DNA of 63,100 nucleotides, the filler included, from Pseudomonadota bacterium (GTDB lineage Bacteria > Desulfobacterota > Desulfobacteria > Desulfobacterales > JBDRRP01), in NCBI GenBank assembly GCA_043825735.1. It is 5 parts of 5 records of this genome, joined end to end, with 100 filler letters (N's around TTAATTAATTAA, not from the genome) between each part and the next. Parts side by side here need not be neighbours in the genome. Positions count along the whole stretch, not along the records: positions 37,014 to 51,058 come from JBDRRP010000031.1; positions 51,159 to 59,449 come from JBDRRP010000034.1; positions 59,550 to 63,100 come from JBDRRP010000042.1; 2 more parts are not named here. One strand, written 5' to 3'. Each line of letters starts with the position of its first letter. Within the stretch, counting starts at the first letter, position 1. The notes below the pieces were generated by a model. The model was not told the origin of the DNA. It worked only from the letters and a program-made list of their open reading frames with translations, and ran no database searches. Of this stretch, positions 50,258 through 60,378 are shown in pieces. Position numbers and translations under genes: made by a program.

Positions 50258-50438
50258 GTTATGGGGTCGCACCGAACCATCTATCCGTAAACACACATAT
50301 TTTAATAAGGGGTGTTATGGTCGTGTTATGTGTTATGGTATTGTTATGGGGTCGCACCGAACCATCTATCCGTAAACACTGTCGTGGGTCGTGTTATGGG
50401 GTCGCACCGAACCATCTATCCGTAAACACACATATTTT
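50258..50438. repeat. Three direct copies of a 37-nt REP-like unit covering the RAYT 3' end
   Basis: GTTATGGGGTCGCACCGAACCATCTATCCGTAAACAC at 50258, 50343 and 50393, separated by low-complexity GTTATG-like sequence. Confidence 0.9.
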
Positions 50439-51058
50439 TATCCCACTTATAGGTGTTTGTATAGGCTATTTCATCTTTTTTGGGGTCGAAATGGGACTTA
50501 TAGGATTCTGCTGCCTCTTTCAACTCATAGCATTCATTATTAGGGCGCGATGCGATATATCGCCCTATTGCCAGCGCTCGTAGTCGATCTTTTACTTTTT
50601 GCACGAAGGCAGCGCCGCCCACCGCAATAGCCTTACTCCATTCAGGTTGTATGGTGGATGGCCCTTCCGATATTGCCGCATGCACCCAGTTTCGATGAGC
50701 CTCACGAAATGGCCCGTACTCACTGAACCCGGCAAGACGCATCAGCCTATCAGAATCAATCAGTACATATTTTCTCCGCGATGACTGAATTTCGTTATAG
50801 CCCGAATGGGGCCATTCATTCGGATGAGCGACAACACCCGCCCTCACCATGTTCAGGTCGATGTATACCAAGCATTTTAGAAAATGATCGCCGCTTTCTA
50901 CAGCGGTGGCATGGTACCTGTCTTCCCAGTACGCGCCCTTTCTGCGTTTTCGCTGATTGTATTCTTGCCCTGTTCTTCCTGCAACAAGCTGAATCGATCG
51001 TGGGATCACGTTAGCGCCTGAGGCTGCATCATCGTGAACTAACAGATGAATATGGTTG
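50416..51058 (-). CDS. REP-associated tyrosine (Y1 HUH) transposase, 5'-truncated by contig end
   Basis: NHIHLLV at the contig edge, YN.RK.RKGAYWEDRY, YIDLNMVRAG..HP.EW..SGY. Confidence 0.88.
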
Positions 51059-51158
51059 NNNNNNNNNNNNNNNNNNNNNNNNNNNNNNNNNNNNNNNNNN
51101 NNTTAATTAATTAANNNNNNNNNNNNNNNNNNNNNNNNNNNNNNNNNNNNNNNNNNNN
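51059..51158. other. Artificial contig spacer
   Basis: N-run, TTAATTAATTAA, N-run. Confidence 0.98.
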
Positions 51159-51338
51159 GGGATTCAGCACGGCGCCGCCGGCGATCCGCGTGGCCTCGGC
51201 GCCGACCCTGCTGCTTTTCGTGAACGGGCAGCCGGTGCTCACCGAGGTGGCGGGTACCGGACTTCAGGTGGTGGCCAACGCGAATTGGCCGACGTTCAAA
51301 GACCCGGCGGGAAAAGGCACCTTCTACCTTCTGGGGGG
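51159..51338 (+). pseudogene. Internal fragment of a coding sequence interrupted by the RAYT-like element
   Basis: GC3-rich open frame STAPPAIRVASAPTLLLFVNGQPVL..VVANANWPTF..YLL runs straight into the inverted repeat. Confidence 0.5.
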
Positions 51339-52452
51339 AGTTGGGGACATCCTTAAATTTTCAACTTCAAGCCTTCAGCTTCTGCAATCTGCCTGCCCCG
51401 CCTGAAGGATATGCTCACCGAAGCGGTAGTGATGCCCAAGCGCCTGGCCATGGCAGTCATGCTCTCGCCCAATTCATTGACCGCCCAGTAACACAGAAGA
51501 CTACGCGCAATCACCTGCTGTCTGAATTTTCCTGGCAACCAGACCTGATCGACGGTGACGCCAAGCACCTGCGCTACCCGGTCGGCCACCTCTGACACAC
51601 TCACGCCGTCAGCTTTCAGGGCATATCTCCTATCCAACGCTTCCTGGCTTTCTGAAAGAATCCGTTCAACAAATTCGCCGTCCCCTAAAATGCGCTCATC
51701 GCTCTTTTCATGCGAATCGGCGGCTCTCAGAGCCTGCACCCCTTCCCAGCCGCCGGCGCTTCTGATGAGGCCACCACCGGTCAAATCTTTTCTTTTTCCC
51801 TGATTGATGCCCTTTTCAACAAAGGCGCGGTAGCGTTGACGGGCCGCGCCTTTCTTTTTACCGAAATTGCGCAGCACTACAGCGGTGTTCTGCCACTCAT
51901 GCTCATGGGTTCCTATGACCACCGAGTGCCCGCAATACGGGTACTCGTCCAATGCCGTCATGTCAGGGACGAGCTTGGCTCTTAACGGATTCAGGTGGAT
52001 GTAGCGCACCAGTTCCATCAGGTAGGCGTCTTCCTGGCATAGGATAGACTTGTATCGGTTCTGGAACAGGTGGCCGGTTCGATGGTGACGGTGGTTGTAG
52101 CTGGTTGCGTGGCCGGTGAGCAGCCGTCGCATCACGGTGGCGATAGGAACGTTGCCGGTGCGAAGCAGCAAATGGAAATGGTTTGGGATCAGCGCCCAGG
52201 CGTAGCATTCGGTACCGGTTTCTTCGAGGATCGCCGCTAATCGGATCAGCAATGAATCCCGATCATGATCATCGTCAAAAATCTTCCGACGCTCAATTCC
52301 CCGGGTGATAATGTGATGAAGAGCGCCAGCGGTATCTATGCGCGCTTTGCGTGGCATTTGTGAAAGGGTAGCAAGGTTGCCAGAAACCGGCAAGTTGAAA
52401 TTTTAAGGGCGTCCCCAACTAAAAAGTTGAAATTTTAAGGGCGTCCCCAACT
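51339..52452 (-). mobile_element. RAYT-like element bounded by 29-bp inverted repeats (one left, two tandem right)
   Basis: AGTTGGGGACATCCTTAAATTTTCAACTT (51339-51367) versus AAGTTGAAATTTTAAGGGCGTCCCCAACT (52392-52420 and 52424-52452); 26/29 inverted match. Confidence 0.75.
51353..52357 (-). CDS. Y1 HUH (RAYT-like) transposase with C-terminal DnaA-C-like HTH
   Basis: MPRKAR..HHIITRG, PNHFHLLL, GHLFQNRYKS, YIHLNP.RA, ILGDGEFVE, AR....Y. Confidence 0.9.
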   Translation of the reverse strand: MPRKARIDTAGALHHIITRGIERRKIFDDDHDRDSLLIRLAAILEETGTECYAWALIPNHFHLLLRTGNVPIATVMRRLLTGHATSYNHRHHRTGHLFQNRYKSILCQEDAYLMELVRYIHLNPLRAKLVPDMTALDEYPYCGHSVVIGTHEHEWQNTAVVLRNFGKKKGAARQRYRAFVEKGINQGKRKDLTGGGLIRSAGGWEGVQALRAADSHEKSDERILGDGEFVERILSESQEALDRRYALKADGVSVSEVADRVAQVLGVTVDQVWLPGKFRQQVIARSLLCYWAVNELGESMTAMARRLGITTASVSISFRRGRQIAEAEGLKLKI

Positions 52453-52500
52453 ACACATCGGCAAAATCATGACGGTCAACAACAGGGTGCTTTTTTTCAT
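52453..52500 (-). pseudogene. 5' stub of an exported-protein gene truncated by the element
   Basis: AAAGGA RBS, then MKKSTLLLTVMILPMC (signal-peptide-like) abutting the repeat; lies 16 nt downstream of the anSME stop. Confidence 0.55.
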
Positions 52501-52516
52501 GGTTATCCTTTCGTTT

Positions 52517-53845
52517 TTAGATGCCTTTTCCATTCGATGTGCCCGGTTCCATTTTGATCACCAGCGGTGCGTCGATGGCGCGCATGATGTGGGCGGCGGG
52601 AAGACCGTGTTCGAGCAGCAGCGCCATGGCCCTGAGATACTTTCGGATGTGGAGAAAAAACTTCTTATACCCGGTGCAAAGGTAATGAAGTCCCGGCTCT
52701 CCATACCAGGACCGGGCAAACCGATGCTTGGGACACCCGCCCTGACAGGCCGCAAGGGCGTCGCATTCCCGGCACCATCTCGGGAGCGCAGACGTTTTGG
52801 CCGCGCCGAAGCCCGATCGCAGGCAATGCGCCACCATCTCGGGCAACGAATCCGTGGCGATGTTCCCCAAGCGGTGCTCAGGGTAGACGCAGTGATCGCA
52901 GGCATAGACATCGCCGTTGTGTTCCATCACCAGCGACCGGCCGCAGTGGGCGGCATGGACGCACACCGGCGAGGGGTTGCCGATCCAGGCATTGAGCGCC
53001 CACTCGAAGTTCATCACGAAAGTCCGGCCCACATCGTTTCGGACCCACGCCTCATAAATGGCGATCAAAAAATCGCCGTAGTCTTCGGCAGCGACGGTCC
53101 AGGGCGTGACTCGGGTCTGCGTTTCCTCCCGGTCCAGGGCCGCTGGGCCGGCAAGGCGAAGCCCCGGGCCGGCGCCTGACGGATCGTCCATCCAACGCTC
53201 GACGATGGGCGCGAACTGGATGTATTCGACACCGCTGTCCTTGAAAAAACGGTAGACATCCAGGGGATGCGCTGCCGTTTCACGGGCCACGCTGGCCAGC
53301 ACGTTAAAGGCGATCTTGTGCTTTTGCAGGAGCCGCAGCCCCCGCATGACCCTGTCGAAGGTTCCGCGGCCGCTGCGGTCGCGGCGATATCGGTCATGGA
53401 TTTCCTTCGGGCCGTCGATGCTGATGCCGACCATGAAATCATGCTTTTTCAAAAACCGGCACCAATCCTCGGTCAGCAGAGTGCCGTTGGTCTGGAGCAC
53501 ATTGCGGATTGTCTTGAACCCCATCCAGGGCTTCTGGAGCGCGATCACCTTTCTGAAAAATGCGATGCCCAGCAGGGTCGGCTCTCCGCCCTGCCATACG
53601 AATTCGACCTCCGGCGTGGGCTGGGATCCAATGTAACCTGATACGAAGGCGGAAAGGACGTCAACCGGCATTCGGAAATTTTCGCCCGGGTCGAACAACG
53701 CGCTCTTTTCGAGGTAGAAGCAGTACTCGCAGGCGAGGTTGCAAACCGGCCCCATGGGTTTTGCCACGACATGGATGCCTGCCGCGGGCCTGTCCGTGGT
53801 CATTACGGCTCCGAGCTTTCCAGTACCGGCTGAGTCTCGTGCCAT
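52517..53845 (-). CDS. Anaerobic sulfatase-maturating radical SAM enzyme (anSME)
   Basis: KPMGPVCNLACEYCFY, WQGGEPTL, QTNGTLL, SPASM cysteines C..CG..CDH..CRECD..CQGGCPKHR. Confidence 0.95.
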   Translation of the reverse strand: MARDSAGTGKLGAVMTTDRPAAGIHVVAKPMGPVCNLACEYCFYLEKSALFDPGENFRMPVDVLSAFVSGYIGSQPTPEVEFVWQGGEPTLLGIAFFRKVIALQKPWMGFKTIRNVLQTNGTLLTEDWCRFLKKHDFMVGISIDGPKEIHDRYRRDRSGRGTFDRVMRGLRLLQKHKIAFNVLASVARETAAHPLDVYRFFKDSGVEYIQFAPIVERWMDDPSGAGPGLRLAGPAALDREETQTRVTPWTVAAEDYGDFLIAIYEAWVRNDVGRTFVMNFEWALNAWIGNPSPVCVHAAHCGRSLVMEHNGDVYACDHCVYPEHRLGNIATDSLPEMVAHCLRSGFGAAKTSALPRWCRECDALAACQGGCPKHRFARSWYGEPGLHYLCTGYKKFFLHIRKYLRAMALLLEHGLPAAHIMRAIDAPLVIKMEPGTSNGKGI

Positions 53846-53959
53846 GGCTCAGTTCCCTTTTTTCCGGCGCTGGTGCGGCCGGACTGATTCCGGGGGTATC
53901 CGCGTCCCGATAAGGGGAGAAAGGACCGTCACTTCGGGAACAGAAACGTCAACTGCCGA

Positions 53960-56380
53960 CTAATTCGATATCGCCATCTTATAGGCGGCTTCCTTGCCGG
54001 CCGCCTCGGCTTGCGCCTTGACCGCTTCTCCCATCGGCTTCACATCCACGACAACCTTGAAGATCTTGCCCGTGAAGGCGTTGTCGCGCTCCTTGTAGTC
54101 GGACGTGACCGGGGTGGCGTCATCCACGCCAACGGCCGCCGTCTCGTCGGCCGAAAAGATCATCGGTTGCGTGCGCTCGATCCGGCCGCTGGCGACTTTC
54201 TCACCGTTGACCAGTATGGTGGCCGTGCCGCCCTTGCCGACCCCGCCGCCGTCATAGTCGAAGTTCATGCGGAGGGTGGCCTTGCCCGGCGCCACCGCCT
54301 TCGGGGCGGCGACCTTGAATTCCTGCAGCCCGATGAAGTTGTAGCTGTACGTCGCCTTGCCGTCCTTGAGATACAGGCTCCAGCCGCCGAACCGTCCGCC
54401 CTGGGCGAGGATCACGCCACTCGCGCCACCCTTGGGGATCTCCACATCCGCCGTGATGGAGAGCGAGCGGTTCTTGATGTTGATAAAGACGTTCTCGCTC
54501 ATCGAGTCCATGCCTTCCGAGAGCGTGAGCGACGTTCGATCGCCCATGAGGTCCGGTCGGCCTGCGATTGCCGCGTTGACGCGTTCAACGACGCGGTCAT
54601 CAATCGGCAGTACGCTGTACTTGATCGCTTCCTCCATGAAGAGGTCCTGCATCTCCTTGAGCTTCTCCGGGTTAGCCGTAGCCAGATCGTTCACGAGGCT
54701 GAAGTCGCTGCGCGTGTCGTAAAGCTCCCACTTGTCATCCAGCAGTTTCCTGCGGGGCTTCATCTCCCACGGCGCCCTGTGCAGGGTGCCGGCAAGCCAG
54801 CCGTCGTTATAGATGGCACGGTTGCCGAACATCTCAAAATACTGGGTCTTGTGGGTGCTCTTGGCTTGAGCATTTTCGAAGCTGTACACCATGCTCACGC
54901 CTTCGATCGGTTCCTGAACCGTACCGTTGACGCTTTTGGGTTCGGGCAGGTTTGCCGCCTCGAGCACGGTGGGGGCCACGTCGATGACGTGGTGCCACTG
55001 CGAGCGGACCTGGTTGGTGGCCTTGATGCCCTTGGGCCAGGAAACGATCATCCCGTTGCGGGTTCCGCCGTAATTGGAGGCAACCTGCTTGGTCCACATG
55101 AACGGCGTATCTCCCGCCACGGCCCAGCCCGCGGCCATGTGCGGATAGGTGGTCGGCCCGCCCCAGTCGTCGTAATGCGTGAGCATGTCTTCAACCGTCT
55201 CCTGAACGCCGTTGAAATAGGTCATTTCACTGAACATGCCGCTCATGCCGCCCTCGGCGCTGGTTCCGTTGTCGCCGAGGATGTAGAAGATCAGGGTGTT
55301 GTCGAGTTGACCGGTTTCGCTGATGGCTTCGAACAACCGGCCGATCTCGTGGTCGCAGTATTCGCCGAAACCGGCATACACTTCCATCTGGCGGGCGAAG
55401 AGCTTCTTCTCGTCCGGGCTCAGCTTGTCCCAATCCTTGATGGCCTCGGGCTTGTCGGCCAGCTTGGTGCCGGCCGGGACCACACCCAGTGCGATCTGTC
55501 TGGCCAGCGTTTCTTCGCGCAGCTTGTCCCAGCCTTTGTCGAATTTGCCCTGATATTTGGCGATCCATTCCTTGGGCACATGATGCGGCGCATGGGTGGC
55601 ACCGGGGGCGAAATACATGAAAAACGGCTTGTCCGGCGTCAGCGCTTTCTGGAACTTCATCCAGGCAATGGCCTGGTCGGTCATGTCGGTCATGAAATTG
55701 TAGCCTTCACGATGCGGCGTGGGGATGCGCGTCATCCCGTCATAGAGGGTGGGATTCCACTGGTCGGTCTCGCCGCCGTAAAAGCCGTAGAACTTGTCAA
55801 AGCCCGAGCGTGTGGGCCAGCGGTCGGTCGGCCCGGAGGGACTGACTTCCCAGGGCGCGGTCTCGTGGTTCTTGCCGAAGAAGCCGGTGCTGTAACCGTT
55901 CAGGCGCAGCATCTCGGCCAGCGGTGCGACGTTGTTCGGCCGCTGTCCCGTGTTGCCAGGAAAAGCCGTGGCCGTTTCGGTGATGCCGCCCATGTTGTTC
56001 ATGTGGTGGTTGCGGCCGGAAAGCAGCGCGGTCCGGGTCGGCGAGCTGACCGCGGTGGTGTGGAAGTGGTTGTAGCGCAGACCGCTGGCGGCGAGTCCCT
56101 CGGCGGCCGGCATGTGCACCGGCCCGCCGAAGGCACTGGGCACGCCGAAGCCCATGTCGTCCACGAGGACGATGAGCACGTTCGGCGCCCCTGCGGGCGT
56201 CTTGACCTCAAAGCGCGGCGGCGGTGTGGCGTCGCGGGCATCGAGAACGGTGCTGTGCGGGTACCTGGGCTCCTGGATCGGCAGTACCGTGCGGTCCATC
56301 GCGGTCTGCGCGGCGGCCGTGGCGGCACAGGCTGTTCCCAGCGCAATACCGAGCATCCCATGGAGTGCCTGCTTTTTCAT
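53960..56380 (-). CDS. Exported arylsulfatase, Ser-type
   Basis: Signal peptide MKKQALHG..., PNVLIVLVDDMG, SSPTRTALLSGR, GKNH, GDNG. Confidence 0.93.
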   Translation of the reverse strand: MKKQALHGMLGIALGTACAATAAAQTAMDRTVLPIQEPRYPHSTVLDARDATPPPRFEVKTPAGAPNVLIVLVDDMGFGVPSAFGGPVHMPAAEGLAASGLRYNHFHTTAVSSPTRTALLSGRNHHMNNMGGITETATAFPGNTGQRPNNVAPLAEMLRLNGYSTGFFGKNHETAPWEVSPSGPTDRWPTRSGFDKFYGFYGGETDQWNPTLYDGMTRIPTPHREGYNFMTDMTDQAIAWMKFQKALTPDKPFFMYFAPGATHAPHHVPKEWIAKYQGKFDKGWDKLREETLARQIALGVVPAGTKLADKPEAIKDWDKLSPDEKKLFARQMEVYAGFGEYCDHEIGRLFEAISETGQLDNTLIFYILGDNGTSAEGGMSGMFSEMTYFNGVQETVEDMLTHYDDWGGPTTYPHMAAGWAVAGDTPFMWTKQVASNYGGTRNGMIVSWPKGIKATNQVRSQWHHVIDVAPTVLEAANLPEPKSVNGTVQEPIEGVSMVYSFENAQAKSTHKTQYFEMFGNRAIYNDGWLAGTLHRAPWEMKPRRKLLDDKWELYDTRSDFSLVNDLATANPEKLKEMQDLFMEEAIKYSVLPIDDRVVERVNAAIAGRPDLMGDRTSLTLSEGMDSMSENVFINIKNRSLSITADVEIPKGGASGVILAQGGRFGGWSLYLKDGKATYSYNFIGLQEFKVAAPKAVAPGKATLRMNFDYDGGGVGKGGTATILVNGEKVASGRIERTQPMIFSADETAAVGVDDATPVTSDYKERDNAFTGKIFKVVVDVKPMGEAVKAQAEAAGKEAAYKMAISN

Positions 56381-56573
56381 GTCATTGGCTCCTTGCTGTG
56401 AAAAGGATTTGAAAACGGCACGGGCGCGCTGCCCACATCTGATGCCGGTGCCTTTATACCCATATCCTGATCGTTTGGCGGGGTCATCCCCCGAAAGTTG
56501 TAAGACGAGTTGTATTTTTTTCCAATCGGGTTCGGGTCCCTGAACGGCGGGATCGGGAAACGGGGCTGGATTT

Positions 56574-59303
56574 TCACAAAATGCCGAGGGCTTTGGCGCC
56601 GATAACCGCCTGGTGGCGATTGTCGACATCCAGTTTACGGTAGATCGTGGACAGGTGACGCTTGACGGTCTCCGGGGAGATGGACAGGCTTTCGGCGATG
56701 TTTTTGTTGCGCGTGCCTTTGGCAAGCATCCTGAGCACTTCGATTTCGCGGTTCGACAGTGGGTCTGTCGACATCTTGTCAGGTGACGCTGCGCCGGGTT
56801 TGTTTCGATCCTCCGCACGACGGCCAAATAGTTCGCTCTCCCCGCCGCCGATGGCCTCGAGGATCTGCCCGGCATATCGCAGCGCGGGATTTTTCTTTAC
56901 GAGGCGGTTCAGGAGATCCGGCATTTCCGGCCCCTGATCCAGGAAGGGGCGGATGAGGCCGCCAGGCTCTGCCAGGGCAAGCGCCTCCGTCAGGGTATTC
57001 AGCGCCTCCGGCAGGTTGCCCTTGAGCGCATAGCGCCGGGCCCGTAAAACGAGGGCATCGATCAGCATGCCGGTACCATGGGTCTTGCGGGAGAAATCGC
57101 ACAGGCGGGCGAGATACCGGTCCGCCTCGCTCAAATCGGCAGGCGCTGCCCGGGCCAGAAGCAGCCGCGCCAGGGTCACCTGAGGGGCGTAGAACCGAAA
57201 TGCGGGCATGAAGGGGACCGAAATAAAATGTCGCATCCAGACTCCAGCCTCGGCGGCATGCCCCTGACGCAGCGCCAGTTCGACCTCAAACGCTTCGCAG
57301 AGCTTCAGCAGATTGGTATTGCCCGCCTCCAGCATAAAATCCGTCACCGCATCGCTGACGGCCCGGGCGGCCTGTTCCCGGCCCATGGCCTGGTAGGTCA
57401 ACGCAAGCGCGAACGCACCGTGGCAGTAGTTGATGACACTCGGCACGGCCAGTTCTCCGAAGACGGGTTCCAGGAAACGCTGGGCCAGATCCAATTCGTT
57501 TTGCTGGTAATGGGTGATGCCGGCAAAATATCGGCCGACGGCGACCGATTCAGTCAGATTGTTCCTTTGGCCGTGTTTCAGGAACTGGGCGCTGACCTGT
57601 TTCAGGTGCTGTAAATCGGCAGCGATCCAATCGGAAAAACACAGGGCCGCCAGCGACATGCTTTTATTGCGGGCGTTCGATGCGTCTTCCTGTTCGAGCG
57701 CCGCATACACCACCCGCCGGGCGCCTCCCAGCTCGCCACGCATCTGGAGCGCCGCTGCCAGGATGATTAGGGCCATGCCGCGCGGACTGCAATGGCTGGC
57801 CGGGAGTCTCGTCAAGGCTTCCCTGGCCGTGGTTTCGGCAAGCGCACCCTGGGCGGCGATGAAGTGCTGGAAACTTCTTAATGCCTGCAGTTCCCCCCAT
57901 AAGACGCTGCCGGCGGCGCTGGCTTTGTCGGCGGCGGCGACGAAATTTTCGATGCGGTCCAGAACTTCGGCCAACTCCGGATACCGCGCCTGCCGATGCA
58001 ATAGCCAGGCACTGGCCAACAACAATTCGGGCCGACCCTGAACATATTCGTGCGGAAATCGCGTTAGGCAGCGGTTCAGGTGGTACCAGTCGCCCCGGCT
58101 CATGATGTCCTGGCGATATCGCTCGACAATCTCTGCGGCAACCGCCAAGGCATCTCCCTCGAGGGCGATCGAGAGCGCCTCATCGACATGGCCGTTTTCA
58201 GCAAACCAGGTGCCGGCCCGTTCGTACAGGAGGGTGATTTCTTGCGCAGTGAACCGCTCTTTGAGATGGCGCTTGAGCATTTTTTGGAACAGATGGTGCC
58301 AGCGAAACCATTTCTGCTCGTCATCCAAAGGGACGACAAACAGGTTGGCATTTTCCAGCAGCGATAAAAAGCTGCGGCCGTCCATACTGCTGCCGCCGGG
58401 TGTTGAATCTGGACAGCAGACGGCATCGCAGAGCTGCGCGTTGAAGCGATTTAAAATGGCGCTTTTCAACATACACGCCTGTATGGGCAGCGGATATTGG
58501 GAGAGGATTTCGGAAACGAAGTACGCCATGACATAGCGGTTTTCCAGCGGCAGGCCGGCCAACAGGCACTTGATGTCCTTTTGATCCATCATCGACAGGG
58601 CGGCCAGGCGCAGGCCGGTCACCCATCCTTCGGTTTTTTCCTCCAGGATGGCGGCGACGTCGCCGTCCACGGGTGCCCCTGTCGTCTGCTGCAGGAAAGC
58701 GAGGGTTTCCTCCAGTGAAAAGCGCAGGTCCCGGGTCCGGATCTCGAGCATTTGCCCCTTGGCGCGCAAAGCCGTCAGCGGCAGCGGCGGATCCCGCCGG
58801 CCGATCAGAACAAGATGTATGACGGCGGAAGGGTGACGCAGGAGATCGGCAAGCAGTTCGTGTACTTTATTGTCCCGGATCCGGTGGTAGTCGTCCAGCA
58901 CCAGGATCAACGACTTTTCGAACCGGTCCAACTCGTTGATCAGCGTCCTTGCCAGTACTGAAACCTCCGGTAATTGCTCAACCCCGAGCATGGAAAGGGT
59001 TTCACCGCAGGCGCCGGGGAAGACGTCTTGGATCGCGGCGACCAGATAGGAGAGAAAGCCCCTGAGATCGTTGTCGTTCTCGTCCAGAGACACCCATGTG
59101 CCGGGGGTGTCGCAGGCCGCCAGCCAGCAGCTCACCAACGTGCTCTTACCATAGCCGGCGGGGGCAGAAACCAGGGTCAGCGGTCGATCCTGCTGCCGGG
59201 CGAGGCGGTTCAGCAGGTCGCCGCGATGCACATGGTCGCTGGCCACCGGCGGCCGGTGCAACTTGGTGCGGATGATCGGTTCGATGTTGTGTTTTTTTGT
59301 CAC
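56574..59303 (-). CDS. MalT-like ATP-dependent LuxR-family transcriptional regulator
   Basis: TKL.RP, SAPAGYGKSTL, LVLDDYH, TEGW..GL.L, FRWHHLF, C-terminal LSNREIEVL..TVKRHL..IYRKL. Confidence 0.95.
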   Translation of the reverse strand: MTKKHNIEPIIRTKLHRPPVASDHVHRGDLLNRLARQQDRPLTLVSAPAGYGKSTLVSCWLAACDTPGTWVSLDENDNDLRGFLSYLVAAIQDVFPGACGETLSMLGVEQLPEVSVLARTLINELDRFEKSLILVLDDYHRIRDNKVHELLADLLRHPSAVIHLVLIGRRDPPLPLTALRAKGQMLEIRTRDLRFSLEETLAFLQQTTGAPVDGDVAAILEEKTEGWVTGLRLAALSMMDQKDIKCLLAGLPLENRYVMAYFVSEILSQYPLPIQACMLKSAILNRFNAQLCDAVCCPDSTPGGSSMDGRSFLSLLENANLFVVPLDDEQKWFRWHHLFQKMLKRHLKERFTAQEITLLYERAGTWFAENGHVDEALSIALEGDALAVAAEIVERYRQDIMSRGDWYHLNRCLTRFPHEYVQGRPELLLASAWLLHRQARYPELAEVLDRIENFVAAADKASAAGSVLWGELQALRSFQHFIAAQGALAETTAREALTRLPASHCSPRGMALIILAAALQMRGELGGARRVVYAALEQEDASNARNKSMSLAALCFSDWIAADLQHLKQVSAQFLKHGQRNNLTESVAVGRYFAGITHYQQNELDLAQRFLEPVFGELAVPSVINYCHGAFALALTYQAMGREQAARAVSDAVTDFMLEAGNTNLLKLCEAFEVELALRQGHAAEAGVWMRHFISVPFMPAFRFYAPQVTLARLLLARAAPADLSEADRYLARLCDFSRKTHGTGMLIDALVLRARRYALKGNLPEALNTLTEALALAEPGGLIRPFLDQGPEMPDLLNRLVKKNPALRYAGQILEAIGGGESELFGRRAEDRNKPGAASPDKMSTDPLSNREIEVLRMLAKGTRNKNIAESLSISPETVKRHLSTIYRKLDVDNRHQAVIGAKALGIL

Positions 59304-59449
59304 GGGGTTATGATATTCAATTTTGGATAGGCGCCGGCGCCGGTATCAAGAACGGCTGCGTAATGAGTTGTAGTGCGATAACAGGTACTTTTGTATCACA
59401 AAATAAGATGCGGCCCAATTGTAAAACACCGATCGATATACGATGGGGT

Positions 59450-59549
59450 NNNNNNNNNNNNNNNNNNNNNNNNNNNNNNNNNNNNNNNNNNNNTTAATTA
59501 ATTAANNNNNNNNNNNNNNNNNNNNNNNNNNNNNNNNNNNNNNNNNNNN
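59450..59549. other. Artificial contig spacer
   Basis: N-run, TTAATTAATTAA, N-run. Confidence 0.98.
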
Positions 59550-59721
59550 CCATCCCGGCCATTACAGCATATCCAACCGTGTCCATGACCCCGTTACGCT
59601 CGAAAGGCACCGGCCAGCAGACTCCACCCTTCATTGAGCATTCCATAGGGTCATGATCGTCAAAGAAAAGCAGTGTGGTCTTGCGCTCTGTGTTATAGTT
59701 CTTGTGGATCGGCCTTATCAT
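59550..59721 (-). CDS. Hypothetical phage protein (5' part)
   Basis: GGAG before ATG 59721, MIRPIHKNY...; open to the contig end. Confidence 0.45.
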
Positions 59722-60096
59722 AAACCCGCGCTCCAGTGAATGAACACCGCAATCCCGACTACGAGGGCAACCGCACACAACGCCCCTATGATTTCGTTGC
59801 CATTTGTACGCCGGTGCCCACTGCTCACCAGTACGTTATGGTTTGCTACGCCTACCATCAGCATATCCTTCTAGCAAAAAGGCAATCTGCCAGTAATAGC
59901 GACATGATACCAAGTCAAACCGGAAACACATCCAATAATATACATAACCCATGGGAGAAACCGCTTGGCAAAATCGCTATCGGGGTCATTGTAATACTGC
60001 TTGGTGCTGCAACTATTTGGATTATAAACCATTATTTCACCATCAATTTAAGGTGACCATCGCCATGCGTTGCTTCTTCGACTTTGCAGGCATATC

Positions 60097-60378
60097 TTAC
60101 GCCTTTCCTATCGTTCTGATGTCAGCCAATGTAGGCCGGATGATTTGGTCTTTTACAAGATTCAGCCGATCATCAAGATTGCCACTTTTCGACATCTCAA
60201 GAAAAAACCCCGCAACCCGCTTTTGTCCGGCGGCAATAACATCCATTGCCGCTATGAAATTATCGGGAAACCCGATCACCTCAACCCTGCCGTCCGGAAA
60301 TACCTGAATCCGTACCTCAAATTTCGGATTGTTCTCAATAGCCATACGTCGAAGCTCCTTTGCCTTCTTGCCGTTCAC
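60097..60378 (-). CDS. Hypothetical phage protein (93 aa)
   Basis: GTGA overlap with the terL stop; MNGKKAKELRR start. Confidence 0.7.
   Translation of the reverse strand: MNGKKAKELRRMAIENNPKFEVRIQVFPDGRVEVIGFPDNFIAAMDVIAAGQKRVAGFFLEMSKSGNLDDRLNLVKDQIIRPTLADIRTIGKA

Noticed and set aside
50258..50438. CRISPR array (three 37-nt repeats)
   Set aside because: Spacers are unequal (48 and 13 nt) and largely made of repeat fragments, the repeat overlaps a transposase stop codon, and there are no cas genes.
54011..56401. 796-aa plus-strand ORF
   Set aside because: Antisense shadow of the sulfatase produced by codon bias.
56381..56875. N-terminal extension of the sulfatase in the ORF track (971 aa)
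   Set aside because: It overlaps the regulator gene; the RBS and signal peptide indicate a start at 56380.
59736..60056. 106-aa plus-strand ORF with a hydrophobic C-terminus in the phage region
   Set aside because: Could be a moron fragment, but the start is unclear and there is no other support.
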